A stretch of 64,000 nt of DNA, from assembly GCA_010093745.1 (NCBI GenBank), contig MU005982.1, forward strand, positions 1-64,000, in the 5' to 3' direction. This DNA is from Piedraia hortae CBS 480.64 (taxonomy: Eukaryota). This document shows, piece by piece, positions 37,848 through 51,356 of this stretch. Position 1 is the first letter of the stretch; each line of letters starts with the position of its first letter. The notes beneath the pieces were generated by a model. That model searched no databases. It had not been told where the DNA came from and worked only from the letters and a program-made list of their open reading frames with translations. Made by a program: the position numbers and the translations under genes.

Positions 37848-39604
37848 TCTTCGGCCCCTCTTCTTAAGAAATGGCACTCTCGCTGCCAAGGTAATGTTCA
37901 CGTGATTTGGCGCTTGGAAGATCACATCTATTTTTTTGGGGACCGAGACAATGTGGGATGCGAATCGGAGCCGATTTATGGTTGGGCCATGATGCAAGAG
38001 TAAAGCTTGTCGCGAGCTGAGGCGCAGCTACTAACATCATCTTGGCTCAATCCTACTAGGGTGGCGCCCAGTCACCGTACGTAGTCCTTCGGCTGGTCCG
38101 GAGATCAGGGTAGTAACTTACATTCCACTCCTTTGTCACCAAGGTGCGTCTTCGCTCTTCTCCGTATTCTCGCAGCATCGCGATACAATAAATTCTTCAC
38201 GACTGTTTGGAAGCGTGTTCAGATATTGGGGTGATGTCATGATGACGACACTGTCTACAAAGTTTCAACCCCACTCACCTTCAAAAATCCTTCACTTGTC
38301 TGCCTGAAGTGGAGGGACTGGGACTGGTTGGTCGCACTCTATCCGTGGCGTCACCCGTGTCCAGTGGGCTGCTTCCCTTTGTGGAGGGCGGCTTGGGGTC
38401 AATTGACCTGCGGATATGGTATGGATACAGTCGAGCCTGGATATAGCGTATCGATGTTTGGATGAGACTTCGTCCACTGTGGGGGAAGGGGGGGATAAGT
38501 TTCTCATTCTGTCCCATTGCATGGAGCAATTGCTGATTGCACTAGCTATCATGATTGTTAGAGGATCTCTGCCTTTACCTGCTTCAGCTTGTTGCACCAC
38601 ACCTGGACAGACTGGGTTGTGAGACAGAGACTCTCGAAATGGTGTCCTGCTCACACCGGGCAACAGTCTGCGCAGATGGCCAATTTCCTATGAGAGTGTC
38701 TGTCTCCCAAGAGGAAGATGCCAGATGCAGGTCTTGACGCACCTGACTCAGCGACTTTCGGCCTCCCGACATGGCGGCAGAAGACGATGTTTCCCACGTA
38801 AATGAGTTCGGGGAACATCATTTCCCTAGGCCGTCTTTCCTACGATGGGTTCTCGACAAATGGGCCGAAGCGGCTCCTGGATAACAACAACAACAGGGCA
38901 AGACTGGGTTGTTGCCTTGACTGTGTCAACCACAGTCGCTCCTGAGGATCTTGCGGTGGAAATTCCGTGTCTGATTACTCGTCACGGGCCCTCTTCTTCC
39001 ACGGCATTCAAGCTGTTGGTTTCCGTAGAATGCAGGGCCACCTGATTATCTCGCCTTGAGGCTCGCCGTTGGTCGGTTTGACATAATAGAAATGGCCCGC
39101 AAACGGATTGGCCCCATACGCGACGTCCGGTGAACCAGGTGTTGTCTGTGGCAAGATCAAGAAGAAGACTTTCCGCCTCCGCCGCACCCGCCGCCCAATC
39201 TCGAATTGGTGGAGGTCTCCAAACTGATCGCTTTCCCTCGGCAATTCGCAGCCCATCAATCCGTTCAGCTTTTTCTTCTTTTCCGGCAATGAAAACCATT
39301 CTCCTGCCGCAGCCCATGTCGGCAAAAGCACTTTCCACAGCCCAAAGGGGAATAGCTGCGCGATGCACCCTTTGTCCAAAGAACTCTCCAACAACCATTT
39401 GATTCTCTCGTGGGAGATGAGATTATCAGAGGATAGTCGCCTGGATTGGATTCCATGATGGCCAAAGACTTCGCCTGCCTCGTCGTCTGGCATTCCGTGC
39501 TCATCAGCCCCGGGTCCCGTTGGTGTCTTCAGATTGAACTACAATGCGGGAGCTCACGAGTAGGTGAGCCTGCTGGGCGGCCTGCGCGTAACGATCGGCC
39601 TTTT

Positions 39605-39974
39605 TGAAAAGACAGTATGTACGAGCGAGAACGATGGATGGAGAGTAGAGATGTGTTTATGAGTGAATACAAGTATATCTTCGAGGGAACATCAGAGAAT
39701 ATATTCTGGGCTGGAAGGCTCGTGAGTAGCCTCGTATGAAGAGTCATCAATTGTATGACCGTAAGCACGTGGTTATACATGCAGTAAGACTGTCAGCATG
39801 CAGTCTTACTCCATGATTCACCTCATAACAGTAGCAGGGCGCATTCACCATGTCGCATGCGACATGACCCTGAGGGAAACCTCTGTGAGGACAAAACCTA
39901 GGGTGCAGCTGCTGGTGTAAGAGGTGTCGCGCAGTGGCATCGTACACTGATAGCAACGAGACTTCATGCCAACA
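39605..39974 (-). mobile_element. Solo LTR, family C (370 bp)
   Basis: TG...CA termini, exact TSD CTTTT. Confidence 0.9.
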
Positions 39975-40245
39975 CTTTTGACATCTTCAGACGAAGGACT
40001 TGCCAGCGATCGCATGGACAGGCTGGTGCTGAGTGGCTTGCGCGTCACGGCTGGGCTGCCGTCAGGACGAGAAGAACTTACGGCCATGGAAGGAGTGAAC
40101 AAGGTGGGTCACCTTTTGGTCAACTGGCCCCTCACTTCTGGGACAACGATGGCGTCAGGGAAGTTGAAAGGGATATTTATTCACTTCCCGGAAGGGGAAG
40201 AGAGATGGGGTTAAAACAAATGTGGGAACAGATTTATCTACATGT

Positions 40246-40436
40246 TGTTAGAGGGCGAGGAAAGAACTCATACCTTAGTAGGGAGCAAGGTGAATATCTC
40301 TAGATGGATGATGCTCTTGGAGGAAACCCTGCTTAATTATATGAGAAAACTGTCCTCAAATCCTTTCAAATTATCATCTCTATTCGGAGCCGGATCCGGT
40401 CTCAACAACAATCCCGCGAGCAGCAGAATTCTGACA
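40246..40436. mobile_element. Solo LTR, family G
   Basis: TGTTAGA...TCTGACA; near-TSD CATGT/CAAGT; similar to 34157-34355. Confidence 0.8.
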
Positions 40437-42985
40437 CAAGTGCTTTATGGGGGATGGGTTGAAATGAAATGTGATGCACAGTTTGAACATCTTTGCTAGC
40501 TAGCACGTAGAAATGGAGAAGAGGAAGACTCCAAGGCAAACAAAAAAGCCTACTCAAGTATTTGCATTATCATCAAGACGTGTTGATTGCCTCGCTTCTT
40601 CGCAATGGACTTTAGGGCTTATGTGATTGTTCTTAACCTCTATACTATGATTGCCGGCTTTCCCTCCAGTGTACGTCTTGTAGCGATAGGACTCTAGTGG
40701 ATGAGAGTGCGCAGAGGCCCGAGCTAGGAGGACGTAGCGATAGACGAGGATCATCGACAGTGACAGCACAAAGGCTTTACGAAATTTGCTGCGTGTGTTA
40801 AGGGACCATTGAACACGCCTCTGGGATTGCTTTCGGTATGGGGCCGAATTATTTGGGGCATGAGTTTAGCTTCGTGCCAAAATGCTGAGCCAAACCATCG
40901 ATAACGAATCAATCACGTACACCAAATGCGAAAAACCGGCGAGATGTGCTGATTTCCATTCCAGAATCCATTACCGCTAGATGTAAATGGTGTGTGATTG
41001 AAATGACGTAATTTGGTATTGCCAAGGCGCTAAATAAACTTTCCCCTTAATGACTTGTGAAGCCACTGCACTTTTCGCCACTGACATGACCTGCCTTCAC
41101 CACCTTTACTCTCTCTGAACCCCTTTCTATTATTGAAGGCCTTGAAGTCTTCAACAGAGTCATTGCAAAGCCGATAACCAATTCTGAATTGGTTAAAAAA
41201 GCTGGGTGATGGTAAGTAAAGCTGCCACCGTGGTAACCAATCCGCCGGCGGCTGACGAGGAGATAGCTACCAACTTAAGCGGCGTCTCTGAGCGTCGCCC
41301 ACCCTCAAATTGCTGCCACATTACCGCAGGGCGTCGGGGGAAAGCTTTCCTCGCTCCGCCGTTATAATTTTCAGCAAAAGAGATACATCTTCGATCTCTT
41401 TCTTTAAGGAACAATACCAGATGACCCAAAGCTGGTCAGAATGGTGAGTCACATCCACATTCCAGCCCTTCATCACGGATGTTTAGCTAACAAGTGCAAG
41501 AGTCAGGGCAGCAGCACTATGATGCTGGGCTTGGGTACAGCCTGACTAGCAAAAGCCGTTCCATATACCACAAGCGGAGCCCACAACTCTTGAACCGCAC
41601 CACTGAGTACGTCACTAACGGAACAGACGAGAATCCGGCCAAACTGATGCAACGAAACAGCCGGCGGCATCAGTGGGTGGGGGCACCCTTTGGACGGGCA
41701 AAAACCAGCACCAGGCTGCCCCTAACATCCGCGGCGGATCCCACTCCGACGGCGGCACTGGCGGCACAGTTGCTGCTTGATGCAACGAATGCCAAGCCTA
41801 AAGGGTGGCTTGCGCTGCAACGAGCACAACGAAGTTCTTGCTCGCCGTCCTTCCTCTCGAGCGTACAGCGAAAGTGCGGAATGCCCCGTGGTTCTGCCTT
41901 GGGAAGCTAAGAAGCCCAAGAAGAAGAAGTTGGCGACGGTGCTGTGGCGGAAGTTGGCAATTTCTGCATGGTGCCAACATCGTTATCACCTACAGGTAAG
42001 CATTGGATCATGGATGTGATAAGACAAGATAAGATAGGCTGACCAAGTTAGCATGACAGGTTGACGCTGACAGTCCTTGTTGCGTCCTGATTCTAATGCT
42101 TTGGCAACGCCCCCACAAGAGAAGAGACGGATGGAAGCGGATGGGAAAGGCAGCGCGTGCGTCAAGCCAAGGCATCGCGAACTCTGTCACCAGTTGTTCA
42201 TTGAATCCTCTGATGGGACAGAGGTTGTAGAAAGGCGACTGGATAGCCCTTCCCAGAGCTGACGCTGCTACGTTGTCGAGGCTCCCTGTGTCTGGTGTGT
42301 GAATTTCATACATCGATTGATCTGCTCGTGCAGCAAAGCTAAGATAGTTTACAATCTTTCGTTGCGGATCCAACCAGATAGAAGTCGAGGCATGGCTCTG
42401 TCGCCCTTTGGAGAGCCTTTGCAACTGCACAAGGAGGGTATGTATGTCAATACTATATTGATTGATTTGTTCGTGCAGCATTGCTAACATATTTATAGTC
42501 TTTTAGTCCCACCAAAGATAAGACGCTGTCTCACATCAGACAACTGGTGGGAATCGAACAACTACGGGCCTGACTGGGCCAAATTCACAAGAGGCAAAAT
42601 GTGGGTTGGAAGGTTCTCTGAAAGGTGCGGCGAGGCGAAGAAAATCCTCCCGGTCAAGTGAGTGCCGAAAAGACACACCAGACAATGAATCGAGGCTAAC
42701 CCTGGTGAGCAGTTTCGCCATATATACTGGGCGCAACTGAACACTGGCCGGTTAAGAGAGGCCCAGCAGCGTGTCGCCGCTTACTCCTTGTCCCCAACAG
42801 CATGTACTCACTGGGCTTGCAATGACAAGCGGAGTATGTGCTTGGGACATGGAGGTGGGACGGACACACTTCCACGCAATTCAGGGGTTGTAGATGGGAG
42901 CGAGGAAATCGTCCCGCCCGGTCGACACGATTACATTGGCCTTTGCAGCCCAAAGACTGACCAAAGCAAGTCTATCTTCAAAGTT

Positions 42986-43360
42986 GTAAGTTAATGTGCT
43001 CAGATGCTGAATATACTTATCTGATTTTCTTATCGACCAGGTTCCTTCTCAGCATCCGCCGCCCAACGGCAAAATTTCTCGAATCTGTCGAGGCTATGAG
43101 TTCGAAAGCACTCTTGATTTCGACGTATGAATTACTTGATTCACTGTAAGTTAATGTGCTTAGACGTTAGGTCAATTCAGCTAATTCTCTTAAAAACGAG
43201 GTTCCTCCCCTGTCCTCTGCTTCCACGCATGGAATGTTCTCAGGCTCATCGAGGCCATAATTGCGAGTGCAATCTGGTTCTTGGTGTATGAATTACTCAA
43301 TTCACTGTAAGTTGATGGGTTCAGATACCTGATCATCTTAGCTGACTCCTTTATCGACAG
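42986..43360 (+). repeat. Tandem ~160-bp repeat; each unit is an intron-like 54-55 nt plus an exon-like 105-106 nt
   Basis: GTAAGTT at 42986, 43146, 43307; branch-like CTGAT/CTAAT/CTGAC; AG at 43040, 43200, 43360; TATGAATTACT..ATTCACT repeated before the second and third donors. Confidence 0.75.
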
Positions 43361-43797
43361 GAATCACTTCCCAGTATTTGCCCCAGGCATTAATCCCTCG
43401 GCAGGGGCAGAATTATTCTGGCCAGCTAAAATGGTGGGTTCCATTGACAGGATCCGTGCACGAGGCCCAGGTATATGTACCTGGCCCCCGCCACCTGTCC
43501 TCTTCTTCCTTTCCATCAAGAAACACAAATCACTGCTTACAGATAACTCTCGTTCCTGTACTATCCGCTTGCCATTTGTGTTTCGTGATCTGTATGAGCG
43601 GATCCGGATCTCCAACTCGCTCTTTGAACCTACTTCGTCGCGACATCCCACCGTCAGGACTTCCCTTACATTCCGGTCACCATCCCCCACATACTCCTCC
43701 CAAGGAACGTATCGTTGTGGGGTTTTGGCCTCACACTCAACCCTCGGACGACGAATACCCAGAGGACAGCGATGACGTACGATCAGATACTGACGCC

Positions 43798-44650
43798 ATG
43801 GATGCAAAGTCTACTAGCTTCGAAGTGTCATTAGATGGCGAATGCACCTTTTCGGGCAAAGCCCAGAACCTTCCCTCTTTCCTGATGCACATCCGACTCA
43901 AAGAGCTCTTGGATAGTGACCTCAGGGACCAGGCGATAAAGTGTGCCTACGCGGCAAACCAGCTACGCGGAAGGGCACAGGAATGGTTCGTGAGGACAGC
44001 CACAATCCAACCAATCCTCCTCTAGAAGTGGAGAGCTTTAGAGGCAGCTCTTCTGGAAGTTTCCGGCGATAATGATAATGTTCGCAAGGCCTAAGCAGAA
44101 CTCAGGATCACTCGCTTGAAGCACACCACGTCGGTGGCTTATCTCATTGCCGAGCTTGAAGGCCTGGCGGATCAATTAAACTGGCCGGCCCAGGCCCGTC
44201 GCGCAGTTCTCTATCAAGCGCTAAAACCCTCCCTCCGCGTGGCTCTGGTCCTCTGCGACATCGAAAGTTATGACGAACTCGAACAGCAGGCGTATGGAGG
44301 CCCTTCTGGACGCGGCAACTTCGACGTCAGGAGTGCAGCACCACAAAGCCATGCGCTTGGGAAAGAATTGCCGCGGGAATCCCGGGAAATGCCACCGTTG
44401 TGGCCGGACGGGCCACATACAAAAAAACTGCTACTCAAAGGACACTAAAGAGGGTAAGGCGATCAACAGGATGACTGCTTCGGGCGACGACGCAGCCCTG
44501 GCAGTACACTTGCCCGTCACGATTGGCAGCAAGACATGCCACGCCTTATCGACACAGGCGCAGCCGTCAATTGTGTACGCGAAGACATCGCCCCTATGGA
44601 GCGCCTCCCTTCCAACGTCAATATAGCTGGCCCAACCGGCGTTCCCATTG
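43798..44650 (+). pseudogene. Ty3/Gypsy gag-protease relic
   Basis: FSGKAQNLPSFL...YAANQLRGRAQEWF (capsid), CHRCGRTGHIQKNC zinc knuckle and LIDTGAAVN aspartic protease motif, broken by stops and frameshifts. Confidence 0.85.
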
Positions 44651-45658
44651 AGCTATGCCTTTCTCCAAGCAATCATGAAAGCCAGTTTGGCTTGCTAGGA
44701 GCCATCGAGATGGCAGATTATCCTCTTAGCGCGAGTATCTGGCCAAAGCATCGTCTTGCTCGCCATTCACTCTAAGCCTCACATGGGCGTTTTAGCGACT
44801 GGAAGCACAGCAAAGTCAGCGGCTTATGAAAATGGCATTGCACGAATCATCCAGTTTGGCCTTTTCTTCTTGAAGAAATGGTTGCGCCTTTGCCACAGCG
44901 GCACTGTCAACAGATACTGAACACAACGTTTCCGAAGTCGCTTGTATTATCGACTAACGAGAAGATGACCAAGGCTGTTCGTTTTTAATGGATCATGAAG
45001 ACTTTGAAACGGTTAGGAGTTGCCAAGGAGATCAGCAAGAGGGGCTAGAGCAGGAATCAACAGCGCTTGTCGAACACTTATGGTTTCGACTGGGTTAAAC
45101 CTTCTTCATAGCACGGAGCTGAGAGATTTTGGATGGTGAATGTTCCTTGAAGTATTTTATATAATGGTTTTGTAGTCGTTGCGGATGCACCTAGTCATCA
45201 TCGAGCCTCTTTACTATTCCCATCTAATCTCCATTGAGTTCTAAGGACGCGATTGATCCATTTCAAACCTTGATGACGTCTTACACCAGTCTTGAGCAAC
45301 GCTTCTGCCATATACGTCAGCTACGGTCAACAGTTGCGGTCGCAGCGCTTTCCGTTGATCTGAATGACTGCTAAACGTGCGTGGGTTGAATTCAAGAGCG
45401 ACCCTTCCTCTTCCGGTGGGCTTCTAATCAATCCATGACTGGACAACGTGAGTCCAGAGTGTGGCTTCCTATTGATACATGACTAATCCCTAGAGAATAT
45501 AACTTCGCTCTTCTTGTTCTCCTCTCCATCCTCTCTTCCTCAACCTCAGATATTCTGCATCAAATCACCAGCTCAACCCCCTGCTTTATATTCTCAGTCA
45601 CTTAACAACACCAGGTCTATTCTTTCACTTCGAATCGTCAACGTTACTATCTGTCAGG

Positions 45659-46313
45659 ATGTCCTTCTCTGCCGACTCGAACGTCGATGAGACCGTTCAA
45701 TCGACTGAGCCAACTGGAACTGGCGAGTCGAACAACAACGATGGGTTTAAGCCAACTGAGCGCATGACGCAGTGTGCTAATACTAGCCCTGGATGTTCCC
45801 CGGAAGGTGAGCAGCTGTTCCTTTGTTCTTCACTGCAGATTGCTTACAATTTCAGACTGCCTCAAGGCAAGCAACGAGGCTCGTGCGACAAAGGGCTGCC
45901 CTGGCTTAACTTGGGACGCTGGATTGGCTCAAGATGCACAGAACCAGGCCAACTTGAACGCGGCAGCGAAAAAGATGCAACATTTGGTCGCGCCTGGTGT
46001 AAACGAAGGAGAGAACCTCTACATGTCGACGTCTTCCAATGCAAATTTCAGCGACGCAGTGAGGGCCTGGATGGCTGAGGCTCAGTTTTACGACGGATCA
46101 CCGCTTTCTCAGGACAATTACCACAAGGTTGGGCACTATAGTAAGTCTTGAGGCGCAGGGTGTGTTGGGCTGGCTGACTGGTGGCTAGCACAACTCATGT
46201 GGCGCAATTCGACGCAGGTTGGAATGGCAAAGGCATTGGCTAATGACGGATCAACGTATATTGCGGCGAGGTACAGGCCGCAGGGCAACATTGCGGGTCA
46301 GACCCCGTTTTGA
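45659..46313 (+). CDS. CAP/SCP/PR-1 domain protein without signal peptide; exons 45659-45806, 45856-46140, 46189-46313
   Basis: LTWDAGLA, GENLY, AVRAWMAE, GHYTQLMWRNSTQVGMA and ARYRPQGN after removal of 49- and 48-nt introns. Confidence 0.9.
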
Positions 46314-46523
46314 GGGAATGATTTGATGTTGTGTTACCTATAATGATGTATTGATGACTCTATGATTGCTCCAATGTCGTGCCTTCCTGTTTTGTTAATG
46401 CTGACGTCAGTTGAGTGGAGTCGCGCTAGAAAGCAGACTAGATGAGTCCTTGGCCAATCAGCTTGTCGGACGCTTTTAGCGCAGGCCCAACGAACCCCGC
46501 ACCCAATCTAACGACGTCACTCA

Positions 46524-46534
46524 CAAAAATTTTG
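46524..46534. promoter_or_regulatory. RRPE-like motif CAAAAATTTTG upstream of the Sqt1 gene
   Basis: AAAAATTTT core about 36 nt before the ATG of a ribosome-biogenesis gene. Confidence 0.5.
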
Positions 46535-46569
46535 CAACTCTCCGATAGCACCGCACCGCATTCCTGATA

Positions 46570-47934
46570 ATGAGCCACGACGAGGAAGATGTTATGCGCA
46601 TGGAGGATGCGGAGGAAGAAGTCGCTCCGGAAGACTCGGGCGACGAGGATATGGACATGGACGATGAAGACAACGACGACTCGGACCAGGAGATGGAAGA
46701 GGAATACACGGGTCCCGACGACAGCATTGCGCGGTTTACGCATCATAAAAGCAGCGTCTTCTGCATAGCTCAACACCCAAAAGTGCCAGATATCATGGCA
46801 ACCGGCGGCGGCGATGACATTGGCTATGTCTGGAGCTCGGCACCAAAGGAAGGGAACAATGGAGAGAGTCAAGACATCATTGCCGCACTTGAACATCAGA
46901 CAGAAAGCGTCAATGCCATCTGCTTTCTCGAGCCTCACGGCGATTTCATCGTGACGGGTTCATTGAGTGGGAAAATCAATATATACATTACCCCCAAAGA
47001 CATATTTCCCACTGGATTGTTCATCTCTTCAATGCTGGAGACGCGAGAAGTGATCTGGATGCATGCCTGTCCCCACGGCCAACATCCCTACGTCTTTGCC
47101 GTCGGTGCTGAGGACGGCACTGTCTGGATCTACGGCCTTACACCCGAGCAAACAACCGGCATCCTACATATCCTCCGCACCTACAACCAACACACCGACT
47201 CATGCACGGCGGGTGCATGGAGCCCGGATGGCAAAATGCTCGCGACTGTTTCAAACGACAGCAGTTTATACATTCATGACGCATTCGGGGACTGCTGTGC
47301 CGGACGAACCATTGTCTCCATGACAGGCAAAGACGAGCGATTCAGAGTCGAAGATGGTTTTCTCAGCGTAGCATTCTCCCCTGGCGGCGGCTTTGTAGCC
47401 GTAGGAGGCGCAGACGGCACAATTCGCATCGTAGGACTCCCTCCACCTGGCACCCTCCGTGCGGGCAAATTCGATCCCAAAACAGCAGGCACTCTGCGAA
47501 CTTCTTTCCGGTACCAGTCTGATGGGATTGAAACCCTCGACTTCTCCCAGCCGCCGCAGTGTCTCCTCGCCGCGGGATCTCTCGATGGCTCGATTGTTGT
47601 TTTGGATACTTCTCGGAATTTTAACGTTCGACGGCAGATCCGCGCGCATGAGGATGAGGCTGTGGTGAAGGTCGAGTTTGTGAAGACTTATCCTGGCACG
47701 TCGAACCCTCGATCATGGCAGCTAACGTCTTGTGGACATGATGGGGTTGTTAGACGGTGGGATACAAGAGCGAGTAATAGTGTGGGTATGATCGGAGAGT
47801 GGAGGGGTCATAGACCTGGAAATGAGAGGACGGGTGGTGTGCTTGATTTCGTCCAGTTTCCGGATAAGATCGTAACGGCGGGGGATGATGGAAAGGCGCT
47901 TGTGTTCAAAGTTGAGGATGGGTTAAGTAAGTAA
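46570..47934 (+). CDS. SQT1: WD40 ribosome assembly chaperone Sqt1/AAMP-like (uL16/Rpl10 chaperone)
   Basis: Acidic N-terminus, then DDSIARFTHHKSSVFCIAQHP, ATGGGDD, HTDSCTAGAWSPDGK and multiple WD repeats. Confidence 0.85.
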   Translation: MSHDEEDVMRMEDAEEEVAPEDSGDEDMDMDDEDNDDSDQEMEEEYTGPDDSIARFTHHKSSVFCIAQHPKVPDIMATGGGDDIGYVWSSAPKEGNNGESQDIIAALEHQTESVNAICFLEPHGDFIVTGSLSGKINIYITPKDIFPTGLFISSMLETREVIWMHACPHGQHPYVFAVGAEDGTVWIYGLTPEQTTGILHILRTYNQHTDSCTAGAWSPDGKMLATVSNDSSLYIHDAFGDCCAGRTIVSMTGKDERFRVEDGFLSVAFSPGGGFVAVGGADGTIRIVGLPPPGTLRAGKFDPKTAGTLRTSFRYQSDGIETLDFSQPPQCLLAAGSLDGSIVVLDTSRNFNVRRQIRAHEDEAVVKVEFVKTYPGTSNPRSWQLTSCGHDGVVRRWDTRASNSVGMIGEWRGHRPGNERTGGVLDFVQFPDKIVTAGDDGKALVFKVEDGLSK

Positions 47935-49003
47935 ATTGTTGGGGTAGTGGTATTTTACCCTTTTTGCTGTCTGTGTTGATCAGAAGTGTGTGTGTTGCTG
48001 AGTCGGAAAACATGAACTCTGACGGGGCGTTGTACAAGAATGAAGGACGGCTGCTGCTTGTGCGCCTATCATAAAACCAAAAATCTCTCCTCGGGCCCCG
48101 CAGAAAATTTGGCCAATTTTGTGTTTGCCTTTACTTTTTAGACTCTCTATATGACCCAAACACGAGTCTATTTACCCTTATAAGCGAGTGTCTCTGGACC
48201 CGCGTATAAATGTGCTGTTCTCCATCATTTTGAATCCTCCTTCTCAAGTCCACGGTGTTGCTGAGATGAACTCCAAATGAACATGCCTTTCAGTCGTACG
48301 TATTGGGATTGGATTCCGGCAGCCAAACACGATCATAGCGTATCAATCCATGAGAGTTCTGTCCACTATATCAGCGATCTGCTGTATCCAAGTGTCTAAC
48401 GTCTCATGAAGACCCTTCGGGGGCTCTGTCAGTCCGCTATGAAGAGGATTCCGCTATATACAGGTTTTACTGCACGCGTCTTCAACAAAGTGCAAACCGT
48501 TATATCTCCCCCAGCACTGATGTGCTTCAGGTCGGCGAGGAAACTGCGGCTCCCTCCGTCCTTTGCTAATGATGTAGATCTTCACGATCACTCGGTCGTC
48601 TTAGGCTTCCAGTCCCTCCTTGAGCGGGCGACAGCAATATCTCCAGTTGACCAAATCCAATCTATGCAACAAAGTATTCGAGCCTTTCCACCAGCTGGTT
48701 CTTTTCGCGCAGATGAGCTGGATTCTGGCATCCGGGTTAAAATTCTGCAAGCTTGATGGGGCTTTCGGCTGGCAGGGCGGGTTGTATGACGTGGAGCGGT
48801 GGACTGTTCGGAAATCTGAGGGGGTGTAGATGGCATATTTCCTGAGAAATGGTAGAGATCATGTCCAAGACCACGTCGGAGGCTCCAAAGGTTACTGAAC
48901 AGGTGAATACATGCTCCCGAATGCGTGAGTTTCTTCTGTCCGGACGAAGATGCCGTTGGGTGAATTTAGCTTTTTTTAAGCTCAGATAATCAAGGGCGGC
49001 GGT

Positions 49004-49364
49004 TGTGGCGATAAGATGGGAATGCGCAGCGGCCCCAAGAGGACGAAGCGATAGACGGAAATCGACAACAGGGACAGGACAGATGCAGATGAATATAAGT
49101 CAATACCAATGCCGATATGACAGAATGAATGACTATCTATCTCAAAATGAGGGAACATTCAGAATAAAGATTCTGTACCGGTGGGCCGGTGACGTCACGT
49201 CGTACACTAGCAAGGCGCATTCGCCACGTCACAGATGACATAACCCTGAGGGGAAACCCTCTGTGAGAGAAAAACCTAGGGTGCAGCTGGTAGTATAGGA
49301 GGTATTGCTGACTTGCTATGCAAGTACCCCGCATACGCGCTAGCGGCGATGCTTGAATCCAACA
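49004..49364 (-). mobile_element. Solo LTR, family A (361 bp)
   Basis: TG...CA termini, exact TSD GCGGT. Confidence 0.9.
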
Positions 49365-49836
49365 GCGGTTGCAACTGCACTAAGCTGTGCGAAGCTGGAA
49401 CTGGGCTTTGTATACAGACTGGGCCTCTCGTCTCGTGGTTTTGTCATGGGACTGGTTTGCGTAAATCACATCTTCGCGCACTACACTGTCTGCCTCTCTC
49501 CCAGCGTTTTCTTTGCCACTTTGCAACGGTGGAGGGTCGCGCTGACTGATGCAGAAGGTGCCTTTTGTGCTTGCCTTTGAACCGCTAGTGGCAGGATGCT
49601 GGCGGCGAATGCTGGTGGTGCGAAATTAAGTGACGATGGCTTAACGGTCTGAAGGTGGATCTTAGTTGCAGCACTTCTGAAACCTGTGTCAAGGAGTAAG
49701 CAGACGCTCGCTTAACACACCTTTCAGCTGACTGTTTGGTGTGGTTGGAGAGATGACTTAGAGGTTTACACACTCTATTTGGATGTCCACCCTCTGGTGG
49801 ACGAAAAATTGTTGGAGGATGTGGCAAGCAATGTTG

Positions 49837-50092
49837 TGTAAGGCACATATATGTGTGACTATGAGTTTATGTTTGTGTTGAGGTGAAGTTCCGCACTTCG
49901 CCTCATGCTAACCCAGGTCTAGCCGCATTCACCGAGACCACGTCACCGAGCACGCACAGAGCATGAACGGCACTGCAACTCGTCCCAGGGAAAACTTCCT
50001 CCCATGGAGGTAAAAACCCGGACAAGCATTGGCATCTAAGCTCGCAGATGCGACGTGACTGTATACTATACGAGAGAGTTTACCGTCTCATA
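49837..50092 (-). mobile_element. Solo LTR, family E
   Basis: Homologous to 37581-37847 along its length. Confidence 0.8.
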
Positions 50093-50987
50093 CAAAGGGG
50101 ATATGAGAGATACATGAGCATCCACAATGTGCCAAACACAACCTTGGATCATATTCCCCACGTAACCTTTGCGAGTGCGGAGGGCCGTGTGGACGGAGAC
50201 CCCATAGGGAGCACATAATAGTGATCCTCCCAAACGAGCGACAGTCTTACCCTTCCCATAAACTCGCTCTCTACAGAATCCGTTGAATTCACACCTCCAC
50301 ATCAACCTCTGCGCAACTCACCGCGGCCACGATAACACCTCTCCTCCACATTAGCTCAATAATCGAACCCCTGTCCCCTGAAGGCGCCGTCAACCTCTGC
50401 AAATCCTTTCCCCCGGCCACCCCCCATGCCAACCGGGTCAAGTTCCTCTCAGCATCCGACCCTTCGACTGAAATAAACACTACCGTCGCAGAAGCACGGC
50501 ACCGGCGTGACATTTAAACTCGCAGAGCTGGCATGAAGCGGGCCCTCCACCCAATCACCTCTCCGCACAATGACATGCAACTTTCGACTCCCAAACACCC
50601 CCGCAAACCCTCCTGGACCCTGGGCATGGAAGAAGACGGCTGGACACTGCTCAGGGTAGATGAAAGGGGATATATATATATCCACTTTTCCGCGATGATC
50701 GAGAGTTTCACCTATGGAGTTCCCCCCCAGTGGTGTGTAACGTATGGATGAATACGATCATACACGGGTTTTTGAAGGTTACTAACCTCGCCATCGCATT
50801 GGGGTTAAGAGGGTGTCGCAACTGAAGGCTGATCTGCCGAGTTTGGGTGATCCGTCGGTTTCGCTCCCCGTGGATCTGTTGATCGATGTTTGGAGTGTGT
50901 TTGTGGAGGATGAGGGGGAGGAGTATGTGCTGTGAGACTTGGATGGTGGGGTAGATTCATTTTTTTCGGTTGCTTCTCTTCGCACTT

Positions 50988-51198
50988 TGTGAAACGATGG
51001 AACCGATAGCAGTGTGTGATATCGTAACTATCAAGAAAGAGGAAGTGAGAGGAAGATTGGTGCGCAAAAACTGCCCCACATTCCGGCACGACCCAAACCA
51101 CATTCGCCGTGATGTACAGTGACGTGCAACCACGTCCCAGGGAAAGCATCTTCTGTGAAGTGAAAACCCTGGGAGGTCCGGTACCCTAGCTACCTACA
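50988..51198 (-). mobile_element. Diverged LTR related to 7252-7538 (ends approximate)
   Basis: Shares CACATTCGCCGTGAT and the CCCAGGG...CTTCTGTGAAG...CCCTGGG core. Confidence 0.55.
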
Positions 51199-51356
51199 GC
51201 AGGCGCCTGACGGTTGATTGGTGAGTAATTACGATACTTAGGGGTTGGCGGATTCTTTTTTTGGTTAGTGGATTGGTAAAGCAGCTAGACGTGGATTTGC
51301 TCATTGAAAGATAGCAGCGACTGATTAGTGCTGTTAATGTTGCATTGTCAACGAAC

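Noticed and set aside
39008..39493. 161-aa minus-strand ORF faintly like a Ulp1/C48 protease
   Set aside because: The catalytic Asp and QxNxxDCG motifs were not found.
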